Assembly: GCA_964230645.1 (NCBI GenBank)
Contig: CAXRHT010000002.1
Location: forward strand, 1,536,001-1,600,000
DNA length: 64,000 nt
Direction: 5' to 3'
Source: Bdellovibrionales bacterium
GTDB taxonomy: Bacteria > Bdellovibrionota > Bdellovibrionia > Bdellovibrionales > JAGQZY01
Shown here in pieces: positions 57,919-64,000 of this stretch; position 1 is the stretch's first letter, and the number at the start of each line of letters is the position of its first letter. Both the position numbers and the translations under genes were made by a program. The notes below the pieces were generated by a model that ran no database searches, was not told the DNA's origin, and saw only the letters and a list, made by a program, of their open reading frames with translations.

Positions 57919-59139
57919 TTGTTTAATTTTCGCTCCGTTTTTTATTTAATAGCTGGCTTGGTTTGTATCCTCTTTTACAACAATTGTGGAAAAGCCTTTC
58001 AGCCCACCTACGAAGGAGAGGCGGCAAGCTCCGAACAAATCAATCAAACTCCGTCTCAAGAGGAACCAACAGGGCCCGATTCTCCAAATCCACCTGGTAA
58101 TAATGCTGACGGCACTGATAATAACCAAACCCCAACGAATCCACAGTACCCTCACGGAGGCCCTGCCATCTTGGCGGCCGGACATTTCCAATCAACGATG
58201 TACTCCTGTGATGGCGGCAAGAGCTGGGAGGGATACCAAAGCACGACAGATACAAGACGCTGTTACGATCGAAACGCTGATGACTTTGATTGCAATCATT
58301 CAGAGGGCGCTCCCATTGGTGTTGCTTGGGGAAAAGAGGCCGGTTTTATGGTCACCTTTGGTTGGGGACAACCTGGACAAGTGGTACGCTCAAAAGACGG
58401 CAACACCTGGACGCAAGTTCATCAAGGTTCCACCTTTGCTGGAGTCTCTTACGGTAACGGACATTATTATTTAAACGCGCGCAGAAACAACCTCATCTCC
58501 TCTGACGGTGGAGACAATTGGACGACCGGTAACGGAGCGGCCACCACCCCCTACAATCAACGAAAAACTTTTTTTACACCTGGAGGGGGAGGGCGATTTC
58601 TCACTCTCGCTTCTTCAGGAGATGTAGTGGATCTAATGATTTCAAAAGACAATGGATTAAACTTTGAACACCCGACAACACTCCCTGCTGGATGTGGAAA
58701 CGGTTCCTTTGCCGTGGGTAATCAGTCAATTATCATTCTCTCACAGAATACTTGTATGAGTTTAGATCATGGTGACACTTGGATTCCCTCACCCGCCCTT
58801 GATGGTGTGGATAGTATTGTGTTTAACGGATCTGAATTTAGAGCCTACGGAAGGGGCTTTTTCATGCGCTCACCTGATGGAGAAACCAATTGGGAACGGG
58901 TTGAAGTTACTTTGGATGGTGAAAACTCTAACCCTTACCTAAACCATGTGGTCTATCAAAAAGATCTCAAGCGTTACTCGGCCACCAGTCAGAGATGGCA
59001 AAATTGGTATGAGAGTACAGAGTTTTATTGGAGCGATGATGGTGTAAACTGGCATACCGTGGAAGCTGATAAAGCTCCCACAGCGCCTCACCCGATCCGT
59101 GCGATCGGCACGGGGTATCTGGAGTCTTGTTCACGTTAG
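57919..59139 (+). CDS. Lipoprotein, BNR/Asp-box beta-propeller (sialidase-like fold)
   Basis: FYNN-C signal, P/Q/N-rich linker, seven S-x-D-x-G-x-x-W-like boxes. Confidence 0.75.
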   Translation: MFNFRSVFYLIAGLVCILFYNNCGKAFQPTYEGEAASSEQINQTPSQEEPTGPDSPNPPGNNADGTDNNQTPTNPQYPHGGPAILAAGHFQSTMYSCDGGKSWEGYQSTTDTRRCYDRNADDFDCNHSEGAPIGVAWGKEAGFMVTFGWGQPGQVVRSKDGNTWTQVHQGSTFAGVSYGNGHYYLNARRNNLISSDGGDNWTTGNGAATTPYNQRKTFFTPGGGGRFLTLASSGDVVDLMISKDNGLNFEHPTTLPAGCGNGSFAVGNQSIIILSQNTCMSLDHGDTWIPSPALDGVDSIVFNGSEFRAYGRGFFMRSPDGETNWERVEVTLDGENSNPYLNHVVYQKDLKRYSATSQRWQNWYESTEFYWSDDGVNWHTVEADKAPTAPHPIRAIGTGYLESCSR

Positions 59140-59145
59140 TCTCTT

Positions 59146-60267
59146 CTAGTGAACAACTTCTCCGCGATTGGGTGGATCAATTTCTTTAGCAGAATTTTTC
59201 TTATCATCACCGAGCTTTCGAAGAGTTTCCATATCGATCACATGGCGAAAATCCCCCTCGTTTCCGCTTGCCAAAGTGTCGTAGACCGAGTCGATCTCTT
59301 CGATCTTAATCATTTTCACATCCGGCTTAATGTCATGTTTGGCGCATAGATCTAAGACCTCTTGGGTCTCTTTAATACCACCAATCAATGAACCAGCAAG
59401 AGTGATACGGTTAAATACGAGAGGCCCTGATTCCACCCCCTCAAAGCCCATCATGTTTCCAACCACAATGAGTGCTGAGTTTGGCTTCATTAGATTAACG
59501 TAAGGGTTAATGTCGTGAGCCACTGGAATGGTGTTGATCATCATATCAAGGCTTTGAGCGGCTTTTTCCATTTCATCATCATTTTTAGAAATGACAACCT
59601 CGTCAGCTCCCATATCAAGAATCTTTTGTTTTTTGTCTTCACTGCGAGTAAAGGCCGTAACTTTAGCACCAAGAGCCTTACCAATTTTGATCGCCATATG
59701 CCCAAGGCCTCCAATTCCTGCCACTCCTAAATGCTGTCCCTTCTCAAGGTTCCAATGCTTCATTGGAGAATAAACCGTAATTCCGGCACACATAATGGGA
59801 CCAGCGTACTTGGGATCAATGTCGTTGGGGATTTCGAGCATAAACTCTTCTCGAACAATCATGTCAGTGGAATAGCCACCGTAAGTATTAGAACCATCTG
59901 GATTTTTAGTGCCGTTGTAGGTAAGAGTGCAACTCTTAGGCCCTTCGCAAAACTGCTCAAGATCATTTTTACAGGGATCACACTGCTGACAAGAATTCAC
60001 CATGCAACCAACACCCACAGTGTCGCCTTCTTTAAAGTTTTTTACACCTTCTCCAACGCCCGTTACGGTCCCCACAACTTCGTGGCCTGGGACACAAGGA
60101 TAGTTGGTATTGCCCCAGTCGTTCCTGGCTTGATGAAGGTCCGAGTGGCAAACCCCACAATGAGTCACTCGGAAAGCAACCTCACCGGCTCGCAATTCTT
60201 GCCTTTCAAACTTCATAGGTTCAAACTTTTTGTCTTCTCCTGTGGTTCCGTATCCGATTACATCCAT
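59146..60267 (-). CDS. Zn-dependent NAD(P) alcohol dehydrogenase (cinnamyl-ADH/YahK-like)
   Basis: GVCHSD, PGHE, structural Zn Cys cluster, CAGIT, GIGGLG. Confidence 0.93.
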   Translation of the reverse strand: MDVIGYGTTGEDKKFEPMKFERQELRAGEVAFRVTHCGVCHSDLHQARNDWGNTNYPCVPGHEVVGTVTGVGEGVKNFKEGDTVGVGCMVNSCQQCDPCKNDLEQFCEGPKSCTLTYNGTKNPDGSNTYGGYSTDMIVREEFMLEIPNDIDPKYAGPIMCAGITVYSPMKHWNLEKGQHLGVAGIGGLGHMAIKIGKALGAKVTAFTRSEDKKQKILDMGADEVVISKNDDEMEKAAQSLDMMINTIPVAHDINPYVNLMKPNSALIVVGNMMGFEGVESGPLVFNRITLAGSLIGGIKETQEVLDLCAKHDIKPDVKMIKIEEIDSVYDTLASGNEGDFRHVIDMETLRKLGDDKKNSAKEIDPPNRGEVVH

Positions 60268-60515
60268 TTTTGCCCTCTCCTTATTGTTGAGATCCTTTTT
60301 ATGAAGACTCATGAAACCAGAAACTATAATCTCAGGCAATAAACACCCCGACCCATTTCCTAAATCTGTACAATAAAATATATTTCAGCTCTTATTGTCT
60401 ACAAATCTAAACAAACTAAAACACTCCAAGGGGAGAACTTCCTAGAATCCTTTAAAAAAACTGAGATTCAGGGGCCTAATCAGAACCCAGCCATCTTCCC
60501 CTCCCCCACAAACTG

Positions 60516-60524
60516 TGCTATAAC
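60516..60524 (+). promoter_or_regulatory. Extended -10 promoter for tmRNA
   Basis: TG-C-TATAAC about 60 nt before the mature 5' end. Confidence 0.5.
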
Positions 60525-60583
60525 CAAAGATCGGCCTTTGCGCTTGCATTGAGCTCTCACCTCGAAATTTCGGAGGGTTGAAT

Positions 60584-60946
60584 GGGGGCGTAATGGCTTC
60601 GACGTGGATTTAGAAGCTTAAGGAGCATGCCGAGGTTGCATGGGGACCTCGTTAAACACGTGCACTTTTTTTAATTGGCGAATCTTTCGCTCCAGCAATG
60701 GCTGCCTAATAAGTAGTTTCATTGCTTGCCAACCTTGTCGTTGATGGGTCGACGAGATTTGGTATCACCTAAGCCATCTCGATTATAAAGTGTCGTTTCG
60801 AGCTTTATGATTTAAACTTTTCGGAGCAAGCCTAGCAGAGTTTGTCGGTGGAAGCTGCTAGGTTCAACAAACACCGACTAAGCATGTAGCTTGGCCTTAA
60901 CGTGGAAAATTCGCGGACCCGGGTTCAACTCCCGGCGCCTCCACCA
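60584..60946 (+). ncRNA. ssrA: tmRNA (one-piece), tag GESFAPAMAA
   Basis: 5' GGGGGCG pairs with CGCCTCC-ACCA (G3:U wobble); TTCGAC near 5' end; T-arm CCGGGTTCAACTCCCGG; tag ORF 60677-60709 followed by a second TAA. Confidence 0.97.
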
Positions 60947-61009
60947 CTTTGAAAATACTAGTAGTTTCAAAGAGTTGAAACTTGCCAGTATTTGAGGTTG
61001 AACCCGTAA

Positions 61010-61369
61010 TCAAAGTTTGTATTTTTCCGACCAATTTTTAAGGTCCTCAAGAATTCCAAGAGCTGTCTTGCCAAACTTTGTTATCGAGTAATTCACCGTG
61101 ATTGGCCTTTCGCTCAAAAGCTCTCTTTTGATGAGACCCAACTCTTCCATTTCTTTTAGTCGTTGAGAGATCATTTTTTTACTAGCACCACCTAACTGCC
61201 GAGCGAGATCGTTGAACCGAATAGGCTCATCCTTCATATGCCAAAGAATCGAACCTTTCCACTTTCCACCAATAACTCTCATCCCTTTCTCAATAGGACA
61301 CGGTTCGTCACATACTTCAGAAGTGACCTTTTTCCGAGACTTTGCAGCCTTTCTTTTGCTTTTTGCTAT
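61010..61369 (-). CDS. HxlR/HypR-family winged-helix regulator
   Basis: CPIEKGMRVIGGKWK, RFNDL, MISQRLKEMEE, YSIT; frame extends to ATA 61369 behind GGAGG. Confidence 0.85.
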   Translation of the reverse strand: MAKSKRKAAKSRKKVTSEVCDEPCPIEKGMRVIGGKWKGSILWHMKDEPIRFNDLARQLGGASKKMISQRLKEMEELGLIKRELLSERPITVNYSITKFGKTALGILEDLKNWSEKYKL

Positions 61370-61462
61370 AATTCCCTCCAGGTTACAAAAAGTATACTGG
61401 TTGATAAAAGTAACTTACTTGTTTAAGATAGCATTATCAACATTAAAAATAAAGAGGCTGAA

Positions 61463-62062
61463 ATGAAAAATGCACTAATAATAAACGCTCACCAATATTA
61501 CCCATTCTCTGAAGGCAAACTCAACAGCACCGTCACAGAGAAAATTGCATCATTTTTGGAAGAAAAAGGCTTTAACCTAAAAAGCACCGATATGAAGAGT
61601 GAGTGGAATGTTGAAGAGGAGCTTTTAAAACATCAATGGGCCGATGTCATTGTTCTCCAATCACCGGTTAACTGGATGGGAGTTCCCTGGAGTTTCAAAA
61701 AGTATATGGATGAGGTCTATTCTGCGGGAATGCAAGGGCAGCTTTGCAAAGGGGATGGTCGAACATCTGAGTCTCCAAAAAAAGGCTACGGCAGTGGTGG
61801 AACTCTAGATGGGAAAAAATATATGCTTTCGCTCACTTTCAATGCTCCAGAACAAGCCTTTAACAATCCAGAAGAGTATTTGTTTGAAGGAAAATCGGTG
61901 GATGACCTCTTTTTTCCGATGCATATGAATTTTAGGTTTTTTGGTATGGAACCACTCGCAACATTCGCCAGTTATGACGTTATGAAAAACCCAGACATAG
62001 AAAATGATTTTGAAAAACTACAATCCCACTTAGAAAAAGTATTTCAAGGAGGCTCTCTATGA
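61463..62062 (+). CDS. mdaB: NAD(P)H:quinone oxidoreductase MdaB-like
   Basis: [47 protein letters not shown]. Confidence 0.85.
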   Translation: MKNALIINAHQYYPFSEGKLNSTVTEKIASFLEEKGFNLKSTDMKSEWNVEEELLKHQWADVIVLQSPVNWMGVPWSFKKYMDEVYSAGMQGQLCKGDGRTSESPKKGYGSGGTLDGKKYMLSLTFNAPEQAFNNPEEYLFEGKSVDDLFFPMHMNFRFFGMEPLATFASYDVMKNPDIENDFEKLQSHLEKVFQGGSL

Positions 62063-62595
62063 GTACAGCTAAATTACAAGCCGGCGACAATTTTCCAACC
62101 ATTAAAGTAAAAAAACTGGGTGGTGGAGAGATTGAACTTGGCAAACCTGAAAATGGAGCAACCTGGCATATGGTTGTCGTTTACCGAGGGAAGCATTGCC
62201 CTCTATGCACCAAATACCTGGCCCAACTTAAAGAGCTTGGAGGACAGTTTTTAGAGGCTGGTGTCGATATTGTGGTTGTATCCGCAGACACTGAGGAAAA
62301 GGCTCAAGCCCAAGCGAGAGAAAAACTCGACCTGCCTTTTCAGATTGGATTTGACCTATCAATTCCGCAGATGAAAGAGCTCGGTGTTTATATTTCTCAT
62401 CCCAGATCGCCTCAAGAAACGAACCGACCTTTTGCTGAACCAGGCCTATTTATTGTTAATGAATCTGGCCAACTTCACGTCACCGACATTTCTAATAACC
62501 CTTTCGTAAGACCCGACATAGATAAGCTCCTTTCAGGAATAAATTGGATTAGAGATCCTGAAAATAACTACCCGATTCGTGGTACCTACGAGTAA
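62059..62595 (+). CDS. AhpC/TSA peroxiredoxin-like protein
   Basis: [22 protein letters not shown] overlap with mdaB. Confidence 0.85.
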   Translation: MSTAKLQAGDNFPTIKVKKLGGGEIELGKPENGATWHMVVVYRGKHCPLCTKYLAQLKELGGQFLEAGVDIVVVSADTEEKAQAQAREKLDLPFQIGFDLSIPQMKELGVYISHPRSPQETNRPFAEPGLFIVNESGQLHVTDISNNPFVRPDIDKLLSGINWIRDPENNYPIRGTYE

Positions 62596-62681
62596 ATCCA
62601 CTTGATTAGTGAGAACGCCTGTGAGCCTATATAACTAACTTGATTGTCACGGATTCGGGTTCAATAATCGAATTTCCGAGT

Positions 62682-62739
62682 CCACCCGAGGGTACCTGGT
62701 TCTTTTTTCGGATGCATAGAGTCAGGTACCCTCAGGTGG
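62682..62739. repeat. REP-like hairpin at 3' end of RAYT
   Basis: CCACCCGAGGGTACCTG...CAGGTACCCTCAGGTGG, 17-bp stem with one mismatch. Confidence 0.8.
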
Positions 62740-63394
62740 GTACCCTTCGATAGATCAAACCTTCAGCTAAAAGACTTACTTTGCCGGTGTTCTTTGAGGC
62801 TTTAAATTCCATTTTACCTCTCTTAAGTGCTAATCTTAAATCTTCATCATACTGAGGTCCGCCCCACTCATTTAACCAATCAAGAGTTGATTGCTCTGGA
62901 ATCGGGTCAAATAAAAGCGGATCCTCTACCACGAGGATCACCAGTTGGGTTAAACCAAGAAGTCCTGAGAGAGTTGAAAATTCATACTCCTCTACCTGTC
63001 TTGTTAGCTCTGCTCGCAGTGGGTTCTGATAAACGTATTTGTAACAATTGATATAGTAACTATAACGATCAATCAGACATTTATGATTGCGACTCCCGAA
63101 GGTCTGATTAATCCTTTTAGACCGCCGACTGATCTCTCGGCTCGTTTCTCTCATGAAATAAAGGAGGAATCGACTGAGATTTCCCTTAGGAGCAGTCACT
63201 AAAAGATGAAAGTGATTTGGCATTAAGACAAACGAGTGAATTTTTATAGAGTAGAGTTGCTGACATAAAAAAAGATAATCACTCATAATACTCCACACAC
63301 ATGGAAGCTTGAGTGAAAACCACTGTCTGTTAATACAACGAGCAGTGATATGGTAAGGATAGTCTAGGGAAATCGGAACAATTGTTCTGGCCAT
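62732..63394 (-). mobile_element. REP-associated tyrosine transposase (RAYT, Y1/HUH family)
   Basis: YHITARCINR, VLMPNHFHLL (HUH), YVYQNPLRA, YEFST; flanking inverted repeats. Confidence 0.85.
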
Positions 63395-63453
63395 ATAAAA
63401 GGTTTTGCAGATTTAATACCAATTTTCACTATTACTCCATAGCTTACGACCAG

Positions 63454-63473
63454 ATGCATCCGAAAAAAGAACC
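63454..63473. repeat. Right copy of 20-bp inverted repeat flanking RAYT
   Basis: ATGCATCCGAAAAAAGAACC is the exact reverse complement of 62698-62717. Confidence 0.9.
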
Positions 63474-63644
63474 TGGTGATCGAAAATCGAAGAAATCTCA
63501 AAATTTCTTAGTCTGAACTAATTTTTTAGCCAATATCCCATAGAAATTCCATACACTAATACTTATATTTTAGTAATATCAACAGACCTTATCGACATTA
63601 GTATGAAGCCCAAATAAGATTCGGATCCACAAAAGGAGACGAAA

Positions 63645-64000
63645 ATGAGAATTACAACTATACTTACATTTTGGAGTTTAATTTTATTAATACTTCCTAT
63701 TCATGCCTTAGATCTGAATGACACTACCTCACAGGAGAAAATAGTCATAGCCACGGATGGATTGTACCCTCCCTTCGAATTCTTAAATGAAGAAGGTAAA
63801 CTTGATGGATTTGAAACACAACTTCTGAGAAGGTCTTGTGAAATTGCAAATATACAATGTGAGTTCAAATATCTAAACGAATCAGGAGAGCATCTACAGT
63901 TTGGAGTTTTGATCGATGGTGTGGTCGAAAGGAAATGGGACGCTACCTTTGGGGACATGGGTATTACAAAGGATAGAATCAACAAGGGACTCAAATTTAT
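63645..64000 (+). CDS. Amino-acid ABC-type substrate-binding protein (PBPb), partial
   Basis: Not in ORF track because it runs off the window; AAGGAG RBS; MRITTILTFW...IVIATDGLYPPFEFLNEEGKLDGFE...MGITKDR. Confidence 0.85.
   Translation, partial: MRITTILTFWSLILLILPIHALDLNDTTSQEKIVIATDGLYPPFEFLNEEGKLDGFETQLLRRSCEIANIQCEFKYLNESGEHLQFGVLIDGVVERKWDATFGDMGITKDRINKGLKF

Noticed and set aside
59731..60342. 203-aa plus-strand ORF
   Set aside because: Antisense shadow of the alcohol dehydrogenase; no motifs
60917..60946. tRNA gene
   Set aside because: T-arm and CCA belong to the tmRNA tRNA-like domain
63701..63994. 97-aa minus-strand ORF
   Set aside because: Shadow of the plus-strand substrate-binding protein starting at 63645
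1..64000. CRISPR array, prophage, integrase, rRNA
   Set aside because: No regularly spaced repeats, phage structural genes, recombinase motifs or rRNA-like sequence seen

Overview
Gene-dense, moderately AT-rich bacterial chromosomal window. It is most likely from a Bdellovibrionota-like (predatory) lineage; this is inferred from the tmRNA tag GESFAPAMAA, an F-x-N-N-C-type lipoprotein signal, many orphan secreted proteins, tandem PilZ proteins and an AgmX/TonB-C lipoprotein. Housekeeping genes include the mutY 3' end, a DEAD-box helicase, pcnB, tatA, transketolase, a ThiBPQ-like ABC transporter, elbB, ddl, citrate synthase, rsmJ, a menA-like gene, a polyprenyl synthase, pepN, a ClpX-like ATPase, an LplT/acyltransferase fusion, a Zn alcohol dehydrogenase, tmRNA and hxlR/mdaB/peroxiredoxin. 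The most interesting accessory signals are: (1) a cysteine-free DUF4402-type chaperone-usher-like pilus locus (4711-9202) with an acidic major subunit and an Arg-rich paralogue lacking the donor strand, flanked by one PAS kinase and three response regulators; (2) a coupled operon of an adenosine-deaminase-fold enzyme, LMW-PTP and a fructosamine-kinase homologue (possible extended deglycation/repair system); (3) orphan secreted proteins, including a minimal kinase-fold protein, preceded by sigma54-like -24/-12 motifs, two of which share a terminal C-R-x-I-(L)F motif; (4) repeated signs of leaderless transcription; (5) a RAYT transposase framed by a perfect 20-bp inverted repeat and a REP-like hairpin. 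I saw no rRNA, tRNA, CRISPR array or integrase. All functional calls come from motif recognition by eye; no database searches were run.
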